Shown here one piece after another: positions 27,054-36,406 of a DNA stretch of 64,000 nucleotides; positions within the stretch are counted from its first letter, which is position 1; each line of letters starts with the position of its first letter. The stretch lies in IMG/VR virus record IMGVR_UViG_3300044701_001985; one strand, 5' to 3'. Both the position numbers and the translations under genes were made by a program. The notes under the pieces are model-generated. The model was not told the origin of the DNA. It ran no database searches and saw nothing but the letters and a program-made list of their open reading frames with translations. Origin of the DNA: an uncultured virus (IMG/VR IMGVR_UViG_3300044701_001985) (taxonomy: Duplodnaviria; Heunggongvirae; Uroviricota; Caudoviricetes).

Positions 27054-27356
27054 ATGACTTCATTAAAGCGGGCTACCAAAATGCTTACCCAGGCATTAGG
27101 AGACCCAAAATATAGTACAGATCAATATGTCGAGATTCTTAAGCGTCGGCATCAAATTAAAAAACTTCGGAAAAATCTTACAGACTATGAGCGAGCAACC
27201 CGTGGATTTGGATACACCGTCGATCCAACGATCTTTGAACAACCAATCAGTGAAGCTGGTGACAGTGACACCGAAAGCAGAGGAGATGATGGCGTATGTA
27301 GCGAGAGTGAGCAACCCGAACAACCAGGACAACCCGAAGATCTCGGGGCTGCTTAA
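27054..27356 (+). CDS. Hypothetical protein overlapping thyX
   Basis: First ORF after the promoter; basic helical N-half ending 'RGFG'; C-half overlaps thyX out of frame. Confidence 0.55.
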   Translation: MTSLKRATKMLTQALGDPKYSTDQYVEILKRRHQIKKLRKNLTDYERATRGFGYTVDPTIFEQPISEAGDSDTESRGDDGVCSESEQPEQPGQPEDLGAA

Positions 27357-27879
27357 ATATTGTATTCAGCATGGACATTGGAGTGTCTTTGAACAGGCAC
27401 ACATGACCCTAGAAATCAATACTACTCGTGGACTGGCGGCTCAAATTTTGCGGCACCGTTCATTTACATATCAAGAATTTTCACAACGTTACGCTGACAC
27501 TAATCTTCTGACCGAAGAAATTCCTTTGCCCGAACTTCGTCGTCAGGATACTAAGAATCGTCAGAATTCTATTGATGATCTTGATCCTGAACTTGTGATT
27601 GCTTTCCAGCGACGAATGAAAATGCTGTTTGCTGAAGCACAAGAATTGTATGATGATATGCTTGGCGCTGGAGTTGCTAAGGAATGTTCGAGGTTTGTAT
27701 TGCCTTTGGCAGTACCAACCAGAATTTATATGACTGGATCTGTACGGTCATGGGTACACTATATAGAATTACGCTCAGCAAATGGTACTCAAAAAGAGCA
27801 CATGGAAATTGCTGAGATGTGTAAAGAAATTTTCTCTACACAATTCCCGACTGTTGCCCAAGCTTTGGAGTGGAACTGA
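27187..27879 (+). CDS. thyX: Flavin-dependent thymidylate synthase (start may be GTG 27250)
   Basis: HWSVFE, QILRHRSFTYQEFSQRY, AKECSRFVLP and QKEH. Confidence 0.95.
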   Translation: MSEQPVDLDTPSIQRSLNNQSVKLVTVTPKAEEMMAYVARVSNPNNQDNPKISGLLKYCIQHGHWSVFEQAHMTLEINTTRGLAAQILRHRSFTYQEFSQRYADTNLLTEEIPLPELRRQDTKNRQNSIDDLDPELVIAFQRRMKMLFAEAQELYDDMLGAGVAKECSRFVLPLAVPTRIYMTGSVRSWVHYIELRSANGTQKEHMEIAEMCKEIFSTQFPTVAQALEWN

Positions 27880-28121
27880 TGCCAACATACCCTGTAATTC
27901 ATAAAGAAACTGGAGAGAAACAAGAACTCTACATGTCAATGGTGGAGTATGATCAGTGGAGAAAAGATAATCCCCAATGGGATAAGGATTGGTCCGCTGG
28001 TGTAGCTGGCGTTGGTGAAGTCGGAGATTGGAAAGACAAGATGAATAAAACTCATCCAGGTTGGGCTGATATTATGAAGAACAAAGTGGCAAAAGCCCCT
28101 GGTTCTCGTGTTCAATGGTAA
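27879..28121 (+). CDS. Conserved T4-like phage hypothetical protein
   Basis: 'MPTYPVIHKETGE' N-terminus; usual position before phoH. Confidence 0.75.
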   Translation: MPTYPVIHKETGEKQELYMSMVEYDQWRKDNPQWDKDWSAGVAGVGEVGDWKDKMNKTHPGWADIMKNKVAKAPGSRVQW

Positions 28122-28141
28122 ATTAATCACTATAAACAACT

Positions 28142-28894
28142 ATGCCAAGAGCAAGAAAAAGAAATACTCCAGACCTTAATGGTATGAGTGCTAAGCAAAT
28201 GAGAAGAAAGAAGCCAATCAATTCAGATTATCTTCTTGACATTGAACCTCTTACAGAAAATCAAACTAAAATGTTTGAACAATATGGAACTGGTCAAAAC
28301 ATCTTTGCCTATGGTGCCGCTGGAACGGGTAAGACATTCGTTGCCCTCTACCTTGCTCTTCGTGATGTTCTAGATGAAAAAACACCTTACGAAAAGATTT
28401 ACATCGTTCGCTCTCTAGTTGCTACTAGAGAAATTGGTTTCCTTCCTGGCACACACGAAGACAAGTCATCGCTTTACCAAATCCCATACAAGAATATGGT
28501 AAAGTATATGTTTGAGCTGCCAGACGATCCTTCGTTTGACATGTTGTACGACAACCTCAAACAACAAGAAACAATCAGTTTCTGGAGTACATCTTTCCTT
28601 CGTGGTTCTACCCTCGACAATTCAATTGTAATTGTTGATGAATGTCAGAACCTTAACTTCCACGAACTTGATTCTATTATGACTCGTATCGGTCAAGATA
28701 GTAAGATTATGTTCTGTGGTGATGCTAGTCAGTCGGACCTACAACGTACTAACGAACGAACTGGTATCATTGATTTCCAACGAATTCTTCAGAACATGGA
28801 TGAGTTTTCACTTATCGAATTTGGTATTGAAGACATCGTTCGCTCTGGTCTTGTGAAGTCTTATCTTATCGCTAAAATTAATTTGGGAATGTAA
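28142..28894 (+). CDS. phoH: PhoH-like ATPase
   Basis: GAAGTGKTF, IGFLPG, RGSTL, DECQN, GDASQSDL and DIVRSGLV. Confidence 0.95.
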   Translation: MPRARKRNTPDLNGMSAKQMRRKKPINSDYLLDIEPLTENQTKMFEQYGTGQNIFAYGAAGTGKTFVALYLALRDVLDEKTPYEKIYIVRSLVATREIGFLPGTHEDKSSLYQIPYKNMVKYMFELPDDPSFDMLYDNLKQQETISFWSTSFLRGSTLDNSIVIVDECQNLNFHELDSIMTRIGQDSKIMFCGDASQSDLQRTNERTGIIDFQRILQNMDEFSLIEFGIEDIVRSGLVKSYLIAKINLGM

Positions 28895-29587
28895 ATGAAA
28901 GTTTTTAATCATGTTGGGCTGATTGAGCCTATTGAAATGAACACCGTTATGATTGAAGGTCGGAGGTATTACAATACTCCCACTGGACAAAAGCACAAAT
29001 CAGTTACCACTGTGATTAGCAACAACCCAAAGAAAAAGGAAATCATTGCTAAGTGGCGGGCGAGAGTTGGTGAGGATAAAGCAAACCGAATCTCTTCTCG
29101 CTCCACTACTCGTGGTAATCGTTATCATAAACTGGTAGAGAATTACCTGAACAACGAACATAATGTAGATCTTTATAAGGAATATCCTTTGGTTTGGATT
29201 ATGTTCAATTCCTCACGTAAAATTCTTGATAATATAAATAACATATACTTACAAGAGGCTGGCCTTTATTCTGACACTCTTGGAATTGCTGGTCGTGTAG
29301 ATTGTATTGCTGAGTACAACGGTAAACTTTCTATCATCGACTTTAAAACTTCAGCCGAAGAAAAGAAAGAAGAGTATCTCTACGATTATTACGTTCAAGA
29401 AGTGGCATATGCTTGTATGCTACAGGAACTTTATAATCTGAAGGTAGAGCAGTTAGTTACTATTGTTGCTTGTGAAAACGGCGAAACACAAGTGAGTATT
29501 CAGCCTCCCAAAAAAGAATATTTTATTAAATTACAACAATACATTCAAGAATACGAACAGAGGTATGAAAGAAATATTAGAGAATAA
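28895..29587 (+). CDS. PD-(D/E)xK exonuclease
   Basis: SVTTV, RGNRYH, AGRVDCIAEY, IIDFKTS and QEVAYA. Confidence 0.88.
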   Translation: MKVFNHVGLIEPIEMNTVMIEGRRYYNTPTGQKHKSVTTVISNNPKKKEIIAKWRARVGEDKANRISSRSTTRGNRYHKLVENYLNNEHNVDLYKEYPLVWIMFNSSRKILDNINNIYLQEAGLYSDTLGIAGRVDCIAEYNGKLSIIDFKTSAEEKKEEYLYDYYVQEVAYACMLQELYNLKVEQLVTIVACENGETQVSIQPPKKEYFIKLQQYIQEYEQRYERNIRE

Positions 29588-29810
29588 TTTTATGACGCCT
29601 ACTAAGTTTGCTCAGGAGGTTGAAAAAATAGCTCACGACAATTCAATGAATTATATTGATGCTATCATTCACTACTGTGAACATAATGAGATTGAAATTG
29701 AATCAGTTTCTAAACTGATGTCAAAGCCACTAAAAGAAAAACTTAAATACGATGCTCAGAAGCTTAACTTCATGAAGAAAACTTCACGAGCAAAACTCAT
29801 GCTTGTATAA
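29565..29810 (+). CDS. gp33: Late-promoter transcription coactivator gp33
   Basis: 'NYIDAIIHYCE..IEIE...SKPLKEKLKYDAQKLNF'; synteny before gp32. Confidence 0.85.
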   Translation: MKEILENNFMTPTKFAQEVEKIAHDNSMNYIDAIIHYCEHNEIEIESVSKLMSKPLKEKLKYDAQKLNFMKKTSRAKLMLV

Positions 29811-29812
29811 CT

Positions 29813-30154
29813 ATGGGAAACTTTTTTAAATCCGAAATGGTTCGGGGTGATCTTCAAGAAATGGCAGAACTTCAACAGTTCTGTATGAGATCTATGGTTG
29901 CTTTTGCTGTTTTAAACAAGGAAAAGAAACTTCAATATTTTGAAGTGATGGAACAACTGATCGAAAAACAAAAAATCTTTCATGCTAGAATTTGTTTAAG
30001 CGATGATCCCGAAGCCATGGAGATGGCTGAAAGCATGAAGCAAGCTGCTGTTATGCTTGGAGCTACTCCTGGCAAGACCATGGGGGCTATGTTTGATGAC
30101 TTACTTGAGAAAGTCCGTGTCATGAAAGACCAACTAGAGGCTCAAGGGGATTGA
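29813..30154 (+). CDS. DUF1825-like protein
   Basis: FFKSEMV...LIEKQKIFHARICLSDDPEA. Confidence 0.75.
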   Translation: MGNFFKSEMVRGDLQEMAELQQFCMRSMVAFAVLNKEKKLQYFEVMEQLIEKQKIFHARICLSDDPEAMEMAESMKQAAVMLGATPGKTMGAMFDDLLEKVRVMKDQLEAQGD

Positions 30155-30179
30155 CGCTCCCTTGAGCCTGTGCTATGAT
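30138..30179 (+). promoter_or_regulatory. gp32 sigma70 promoter with its -35 in a hairpin loop
   Basis: AGGCTCAAGGG...TTGACG...CCCTTGAGCCT; TTGACG-N17-TATGAT with extended TG. Confidence 0.72.
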
Positions 30180-30234
30180 GTCTAGGTGATTCAGCGTCAC
30201 ACAAGCCAAATCCAAATTATCCAAGGAAATCCGT

Positions 30235-31119
30235 ATGTCTTTTGCTGATCTTAAGCGTAAGTCCCAGAGCAGTTTCGAGTTTCTCCAGAAGGAGCTTGAA
30301 AAGTCCAGCACCAACAATGGTGCCGACGATAGGCTCTGGAAGCCCGAACTTGACGCTTCGGGTAACGGCTATGCCGTTGTCCGTTTCCTGCCCGCTCCCG
30401 AAGGAGAGAGCGTGCCTTGGGCTAAAGTTTACAACCATGCCTTCAAAGGTCCTGGTGGTTGGCTGATTGATAACTGCCCCACCACCAATGGTGATAAGTG
30501 CCCCATCTGTGCCACCAACACTAAGCTGTGGAACAGTGGTCATGAATCTGATAAAGATGTAGCTCGTCAGCGTAAGCGTAAGCTTTCTTACTACAGCAAC
30601 ATCTATGTTGTAAACGATCCTAAGAACCCAGACAATAATGGTAAGGTGTTCTTGTTCAAGTATGGTAAGAAGATTCATGATAAGATTCTTGCTGCCATGC
30701 AACCTGAGTTTCAAGATGAGACTCCTGTAAATGTCTTTGATCTTTGGGAAGGAGCTAACTTCAAAATCAAGATCCGTACCATTGGTGGTTACTGGAACTA
30801 TGATGCTTCTGAGTTTGCTGCTCCTGCTGTTCTTAGCAACGATGATGACGAGCTAGAAGCTATTTGGAAGCAAGAGTATTCTCTCGAAGCTTTCACTAAT
30901 GCTGGTGAATTTAAGACTTATGAAGAACTCGAAACTCGTATGAGTGCTGTTCTGAATACTGCTCCCGAAGTTCGTCAGGCTCAGTATGAGGAAGATGAAG
31001 ATCCTGCTCCTGTCGCTACCGTGACTCGTGAGCGTGAACCTGTTTCTACTCCGTCGTTTAAATCTGATGAAGATGATGATGCTCTGAGTTACTTCGCTCG
31101 TTTGGCTGAAGAAGATTGA
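30235..31119 (+). CDS. gp32: Single-stranded DNA-binding protein gp32
   Basis: DDRLWKPELD, GYAVVRFLP, KRKLSYYSNI, YGKKI and acidic 'DDALSYFARLAEED' tail. Confidence 0.96.
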   Translation: MSFADLKRKSQSSFEFLQKELEKSSTNNGADDRLWKPELDASGNGYAVVRFLPAPEGESVPWAKVYNHAFKGPGGWLIDNCPTTNGDKCPICATNTKLWNSGHESDKDVARQRKRKLSYYSNIYVVNDPKNPDNNGKVFLFKYGKKIHDKILAAMQPEFQDETPVNVFDLWEGANFKIKIRTIGGYWNYDASEFAAPAVLSNDDDELEAIWKQEYSLEAFTNAGEFKTYEELETRMSAVLNTAPEVRQAQYEEDEDPAPVATVTREREPVSTPSFKSDEDDDALSYFARLAEED

Positions 31120-31126
31120 TACAATT

Positions 31127-31151
31127 AAGGGGGCGTAAGCCCCCTTTTTTA
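31127..31151. terminator. Terminator between convergent gp32 and gp53
   Basis: AAGGGGGC-GTAA-GCCCCTTTTTTT. Confidence 0.8.
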
Positions 31152-32483
31152 TATGCCAGTTCGTTTTAATCTATTGTTAATAAAGTCACTTGACTTACCA
31201 TATAAATTTGTCTTTCTAAAGTCAGTTAAGAAAGCATCTAAGTAAGATGGTTTCAATAAATAAATTTCTCTTTTCTTTTCATTTTGTTGTTCTTCGTATT
31301 CAAAAATATATACAGGTTGGCATAATTGTTGCCCAGGAATTTCTGTTATAATATTATTGATATTATATTTGACACCTGTTGAAATTTTTCTGGTCCAATT
31401 TTGACCATCGTATTTCCAATATACTCCATCAATTATATAAGAGTTTTGATCTAACGGAATTACCTCGTAATCAAGAGGTGTTATTTTTTCATATGATCCT
31501 TTAAATTCTATACTACGAATACCGTAATGATCATTGCTAGGACCACTACTACTAATTTGATATAATCTGAAAAATGTATTGTTTTGTTTAGCTCCCTCTG
31601 GTAAGTTAATTGAGTACAAATTAAATTCGTCTCCAGCATTGCTGCCTTCGGATGTTGTCGGAACAATAACTCCAATAGTAATCCATTCGTCGGGATCTGT
31701 TCCACCAACCTGATACTGTAACCTCAATTCTTCTTCCCCAGCGATATCAGGAACTTCTCCTCCGTTGGTATCATTCCCTCGTATAACTAATCCTTCTACA
31801 CTTTCGAAATTTGTAGCATCAATAGCTTTTAATGTAGCCCATCTTACTCCACCTTTAATATTTCCAAATTTTAAATGTGGACCTACAGCAAATCCACCAT
31901 TACTTCCTACTCCAGTTCCGTTTGGGGCGATATAAGTGCCATTAAATTCTTGAATGTTTGTAGTTATTCTAGTATCAATTACTTTATTAATGGGAATAGT
32001 TTCTACGGTTGGATCTACCTGTGGTAACGTGCCAACAATATATCTCTCAGAACTATTATAAAAAGTTTCGTCAACTATAGTGCCACCTTGAATAATAACT
32101 TTTCCAAAAGCTTCAATTTGCTCTTGGTTACTAATTACTTCATAATGTTTGATTGTTGAATATGGATCGTCGTATTTTGATTCTAAGTATTTTCTTAGAT
32201 CATCACTTGATAATGGTAAATCAAACAAAGGATTTATCATATTGTTAGTTAAAGCAATTACCCAATCATAAAAAGAATTACCGTATGCTGCTTCGGCAAT
32301 AGTATCTAATCTATCACCATCTTGGATAGCATATTTTTTAAAGTAAACTGAGTATGAAAAGACATCTGGATTTACTTGATATCTTCTAAAGAAATTTTTA
32401 GCTACAACAAAATCTGATTCAGAAAATGGATACTGAATTGGTTTTTTGTCGTACTCTATGTTTGGTATGAATGAAAAATACAT
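31149..32483 (-). CDS. gp53: Baseplate wedge protein gp53 with a large internal insertion
   Basis: MYFSFIPNIEY, GDRLDTIAEAAYG...DWVIALTNN and C-terminal 'YEEQQNEKKREIYLLKP'. Confidence 0.85.
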   Translation of the reverse strand: MYFSFIPNIEYDKKPIQYPFSESDFVVAKNFFRRYQVNPDVFSYSVYFKKYAIQDGDRLDTIAEAAYGNSFYDWVIALTNNMINPLFDLPLSSDDLRKYLESKYDDPYSTIKHYEVISNQEQIEAFGKVIIQGGTIVDETFYNSSERYIVGTLPQVDPTVETIPINKVIDTRITTNIQEFNGTYIAPNGTGVGSNGGFAVGPHLKFGNIKGGVRWATLKAIDATNFESVEGLVIRGNDTNGGEVPDIAGEEELRLQYQVGGTDPDEWITIGVIVPTTSEGSNAGDEFNLYSINLPEGAKQNNTFFRLYQISSSGPSNDHYGIRSIEFKGSYEKITPLDYEVIPLDQNSYIIDGVYWKYDGQNWTRKISTGVKYNINNIITEIPGQQLCQPVYIFEYEEQQNEKKREIYLLKPSYLDAFLTDFRKTNLYGKSSDFINNRLKRTGI

Positions 32484-32484
32484 T

Positions 32485-33594
32485 TTAGATACCTGATCCG
32501 TCTTCGTTTACTTCGTCCGAGAATACAAGTTTAGATTCTAGGAATGATAATGAAAGTTCAGTTGCTACAGGAGATCCATCTGGTAACGTAGCATAAGCTC
32601 CAGCAGCAGTATAGTTAATATTTACATCAGTAATACCACATAATTTATATTTGGGTAGATACTCATGTAAGCTACCACCTTTCATAAAAGAAACTTGGCA
32701 TAGATCTGGTATTGTTAGCATGTTAGATGCTTCTGCTTGTCCAAAAATAGCTTGTCCACCAAAACTGGGCAGCATAGCTTTTTTAAATCTATTACATATT
32801 TTTTTTATTTGTTCTGCCTCTTTTTTACTTCGAGGAACTAATTTAAATCTTAAATTAAATGTTCTTAGCTTTGGGGCTTCGTATGCTAACTCTACATTAG
32901 GGTTTAGAATTGTACCAGATATTGTTCCTAGTGCTTGATTCAATGAAATATTTGCTCCAGCTACAGCATTTATTCCCTGAGTCAAGGCATTAAATGTAGC
33001 TGCTTTTACTGCCCCAGGAAATGCTCCACCAAGACCTTGAAGCATTGCTGTGAAATCTCTTTGATTGTTTACCATACCAGCTAGCCCCATCATGCCAGCA
33101 GCTGTAGCTCCAAATCCAGCTCCATTCCAACCAGCTCCAAATTGAGATTGAATATCTTCTGGCATGTAAAGAATTATTGGAGCGTATGATTCGTTGTTAT
33201 ATGATCTATCGTTTGAATTTTGGTAATTTGTGTATCCCCATTTCGCTTGTTGGGTATTGGTTGTCGAATTTGCTGCTGCCGAGTTTGGTGTATTTTCGCC
33301 ACCACCAAATGGAGGAGCATATTTAAAAAAGCTGAATACTACATAGTCGCTGTCTTCGGTAATTTCTGGATCTGCTGGGTATCTAAGAACTCCTGTTGTC
33401 GTGCTTCCTGCTGTGGCTTTGGGGGTGTATATAACTAAATTGATCGGGGCATCTTCTTCTTGAGTTTTTTCTGCCGCACCAGCTCGCCCAGTAGTAGTAG
33501 ATCCTGGCTTTACATCACTGTTAGTTGCTGGAGCAGCTGCTTGCTTTTTTTTAGCATTTTCTATGTTAGCTTTTTGTCTAGACGCTGTGCTCAT
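32485..33594 (-). CDS. gp48: Baseplate tail-tube cap gp48
   Basis: LRYP, LYMP, NPNVELAYEAPKLRTFNLRFKLVPRS.KEA and ELSLSFLE. Confidence 0.85.
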   Translation of the reverse strand: MSTASRQKANIENAKKKQAAAPATNSDVKPGSTTTGRAGAAEKTQEEDAPINLVIYTPKATAGSTTTGVLRYPADPEITEDSDYVVFSFFKYAPPFGGGENTPNSAAANSTTNTQQAKWGYTNYQNSNDRSYNNESYAPIILYMPEDIQSQFGAGWNGAGFGATAAGMMGLAGMVNNQRDFTAMLQGLGGAFPGAVKAATFNALTQGINAVAGANISLNQALGTISGTILNPNVELAYEAPKLRTFNLRFKLVPRSKKEAEQIKKICNRFKKAMLPSFGGQAIFGQAEASNMLTIPDLCQVSFMKGGSLHEYLPKYKLCGITDVNINYTAAGAYATLPDGSPVATELSLSFLESKLVFSDEVNEDGSGI

Positions 33595-34458
33595 TTATTT
33601 GACCCTCTCTATGTCGTTCCTGTTAGTACCTTTAATGATCCTTGTGCCTTTGATTCTATCATTCCAGTGCTGATCAATTTCTTCCCAAACATATTCTTTA
33701 GGATATTCAATCTTGCCACCACCTTTCATTAACACAAAATCTTCTACAGGAAGAGCAGAAGCAGTAACCCATTCTTGTTTGGCTAAATCCAAGAATAAAC
33801 TTTTACACCTTTTATAAAGATATTTATGAATAATTACACGGGGGATATCTATTTTACCATCTTGTAATTTATTGACAACAATTAATCTTTTCTTTGGTAT
33901 TAAGTAATGTAAGCTAGCACCATAAAATGCCGAACCTTCAACTTTAAGAATGTATACAAGAGGATATTTGTCGTAATACGGAAGGGATTCTGTCTCAGCT
34001 TTGTATTCAAAAAAGCACAAGTGTCCAGGAAATACTCTACGACGATTTACATTTTGATCTTGATTGACTAAAGCACTAATTGAATCAAACTTTTCTTGCT
34101 CATTCATTCGAGAAGGTTCTGCTTGAATATTAGCACTTAATGTTTTAAGATTAGATCTATACCATATTAAACTTTGTGATTCTCCCTGTGATTTTTCTTT
34201 GATCTTTTCGTAGATAGTTTTATAACCTTCTTTCTTTCCTGCTTGTTTAAATCCTTCAGTTTCACTTACAATCTTTGCTAACTCTGTCATATCTTTGTAT
34301 GAAGAGTAACGTTTTACTCCATACTTAGAAGCGAGGGCACGAATTTGATCTCTAGTATAATCATCTAATGAATTTAATTCATGACCAGTAAGATATATCC
34401 ATCGATCAATATTATTTTTGGCGTATGGTTTTGGTTTTAAATTATTCTTGGCTGCCAT
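33595..34458 (-). CDS. gp2: DNA end protector protein gp2 (N-terminally extended)
   Basis: PGHLCFFEYKA...LPYYDKYPLV, GASLHYL, IHKYL and LPVEDF. Confidence 0.82.
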   Translation of the reverse strand: MAAKNNLKPKPYAKNNIDRWIYLTGHELNSLDDYTRDQIRALASKYGVKRYSSYKDMTELAKIVSETEGFKQAGKKEGYKTIYEKIKEKSQGESQSLIWYRSNLKTLSANIQAEPSRMNEQEKFDSISALVNQDQNVNRRRVFPGHLCFFEYKAETESLPYYDKYPLVYILKVEGSAFYGASLHYLIPKKRLIVVNKLQDGKIDIPRVIIHKYLYKRCKSLFLDLAKQEWVTASALPVEDFVLMKGGGKIEYPKEYVWEEIDQHWNDRIKGTRIIKGTNRNDIERVK

Positions 34459-34459
34459 G

Positions 34460-34897
34460 TTATACTCCTAGATGATCTTCGGTGAGGATTAAAAATTTCA
34501 TCTGCCTATCTTCACAAAAGTCTTCAGCAGCAGACCACTTGGCACGGTTCTTCATGTATGTAAGAACCTCTCTTTTCCAAGCAGCTGTTTTCTTTTTTGG
34601 TTTTTCTGGTGGACCTAAGACTTGCTTCTTTGGCTTAACTTCAATCAGATACTTGTTGATAACTCCTTGTTTAGTTTTAATCTTTACATAAAAATCAGGA
34701 TAGTATCTATGTACTCTGCCATCGGTAGGACAACGGTATGGGATGATAACTTCTTCACTACCCCACTCTACAATGCTATCGTTGTTATCACAAAATACCA
34801 TAAACTTTCTCTCCCACATAGAACGATAGATAATTCTAGTGGGATTGCCCCTGTACTTTTTTGGGTTGATAGGTTTGTAGATACCAGAGTACGCCAT
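34460..34897 (-). CDS. gp4: Head completion nuclease gp4
   Basis: MAYSGIYKPINPKKYRG, YRSMWE, WGSEE, HRYYPDF and IEVKP. Confidence 0.92.
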   Translation of the reverse strand: MAYSGIYKPINPKKYRGNPTRIIYRSMWERKFMVFCDNNDSIVEWGSEEVIIPYRCPTDGRVHRYYPDFYVKIKTKQGVINKYLIEVKPKKQVLGPPEKPKKKTAAWKREVLTYMKNRAKWSAAEDFCEDRQMKFLILTEDHLGV

Positions 34898-34900
34898 AAA

Positions 34901-34927
34901 TATAAATAAACCTCCGACTGTATTTAG
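34901..34927. promoter_or_regulatory. Divergent late promoters
   Basis: TATAAATA (+, 34901) and CTAAATA (-, 34921-34927) between the divergent gp4 and tail genes. Confidence 0.65.
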
Positions 34928-34928
34928 A

Positions 34929-35636
34929 GTGGCAACCAAATCAATAGACAACTTCGTAGCTGCTATTGCCGCCAATGGCGGTATGGCGATGTCCAATGGT
35001 TATGATGTTGAATTTGATTTTACCAATGGTAAGCTGAGCAGCCTAGTTAATACTATTGGTAGACTAGGAATAAAACTTCCAGAAAATACCACTACTGGAC
35101 AGCCAGGTGCCTTAATTAATATGTTTTGTGATGAGGCACAACTTCCAAATATTTCTGCTGCTACTGGTCAAATCAATGGCAGATATTTAGGTGAAGGAAC
35201 TATCAATTATGCTCACACAAGAATGGTTAGTGACTTTTCTTTATCGTGGATGTGTGATGCCAATATGATTCCATTTAAATTTCTAAATGCTTGGCATGGA
35301 TTTATATTTGGTGATACTATGTTTGAAGAAAAAGCAACATCATCTTTATTGAAGGATGTTAAAAGTTTTGCTATAAAAAGAGCAGACAATCGAATTAATA
35401 GATTACAATACCCAGAAGAATATCAAGCTACATTGAGAATATCTAAAGCAGAAAGAGGTCAGAACGCTCCCAACGGAAGAGTATCTTTAGTATGTGTATT
35501 AGAAAATGTATATCCTTATTCTATTGATGCTGTTCCATTATCATATGGATCATCTCAAATTACAAAGGTGAGTGCTAATTTTTATTATACTCGTCACACA
35601 TATTGGAATGTAGATATCCGTAAATACAACGGATAA
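34929..35636 (+). CDS. Tail-tube-like baseplate protein (gp54/gp19-related)
   Basis: CDEAQLP and 'LENVYPYSIDAVPLSYG...KVSANF' tube-fold motifs; GTG start. Confidence 0.7.
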   Translation: MATKSIDNFVAAIAANGGMAMSNGYDVEFDFTNGKLSSLVNTIGRLGIKLPENTTTGQPGALINMFCDEAQLPNISAATGQINGRYLGEGTINYAHTRMVSDFSLSWMCDANMIPFKFLNAWHGFIFGDTMFEEKATSSLLKDVKSFAIKRADNRINRLQYPEEYQATLRISKAERGQNAPNGRVSLVCVLENVYPYSIDAVPLSYGSSQITKVSANFYYTRHTYWNVDIRKYNG

Positions 35637-35665
35637 ATAATGATACCGAATTGAAATAAAGTTTT

Positions 35666-36379
35666 ATGGCATTACCAAAGATTGGAATTCCTACATACGA
35701 ACTAGAACTACCTTCTACTGGTAAGACAATTAAGTATAGACCTTTTGTAGTGAAAGAAGAAAAGGTTTTACTGTTAGCTTTGGAATCGGAAGAAGAAAAG
35801 GACATCAAAAATGCTGTCAAAGATCTGATTAAAAATTGTGTTCAATCAAGAATTAAGGTAGATGATCTCCCAAGCTTTGATCTTGAGTATATCTTTTTAA
35901 AAATTAGAGCTGCCTCGGTAAGTGAAGAGATTATTATGAATGTTACTTGTCAAGATGACAACACAACACAGATGGAAGTGTCTATTAATATCAATGATGT
36001 AAATGTTTTTAAACCAGAAGGTCATACAAGTAAAATTATGCTTGATGATACTACTGGTATTGTCATGAAATATCCTGGTATGGATAGATTTATTGAATCA
36101 GAATTTCTTAATAAAAATATTAAAACAGAAGAAATATTTGATTTTATTGCTGATTCAATTGATCAAATTTTTAACACGGAAGAAGTATGGGACTCTTCTA
36201 CAACTTCTAAAAAAGAAATGAAAGAATTTGTGGAAAGTCTTACAGCAAAACAATTTGAAGCAATTCAAACTTTCTATGAATCAATGCCTCGTCTTATTCA
36301 TAAGTTTAAAGTAATCAATCCTAATACTGGAGTAGAATCTGAATATACTATAGAAGGGTTACAGAATTTTTTCGTATAG
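35666..36379 (+). CDS. gp26: Baseplate hub assembly protein gp26
   Basis: MALPK..PTYELELPSTG, YRPFVVKEEK, FDLEYIFLKIRA and C-terminal 'IEGLQNFF'. Confidence 0.9.
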   Translation: MALPKIGIPTYELELPSTGKTIKYRPFVVKEEKVLLLALESEEEKDIKNAVKDLIKNCVQSRIKVDDLPSFDLEYIFLKIRAASVSEEIIMNVTCQDDNTTQMEVSININDVNVFKPEGHTSKIMLDDTTGIVMKYPGMDRFIESEFLNKNIKTEEIFDFIADSIDQIFNTEEVWDSSTTSKKEMKEFVESLTAKQFEAIQTFYESMPRLIHKFKVINPNTGVESEYTIEGLQNFFV

Positions 36380-36406
36380 CACTCTTCCAAAATAGTTTGG
36401 AAGGGT
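36367..36406 (+). other. Predicted -1 ribosomal frameshift signal
   Basis: In-frame slippery heptamer T_TTT_TTC, 7-nt spacer, then an 11-bp hairpin ACTCTTCCAAA-ATAG-TTTGGAAGGGT. Confidence 0.7.

Noticed and set aside
28895..29587. Cas4-like nuclease as evidence of CRISPR-Cas
   Set aside because: It is the usual phage exonuclease between phoH and gp33; there is no array or other cas gene.
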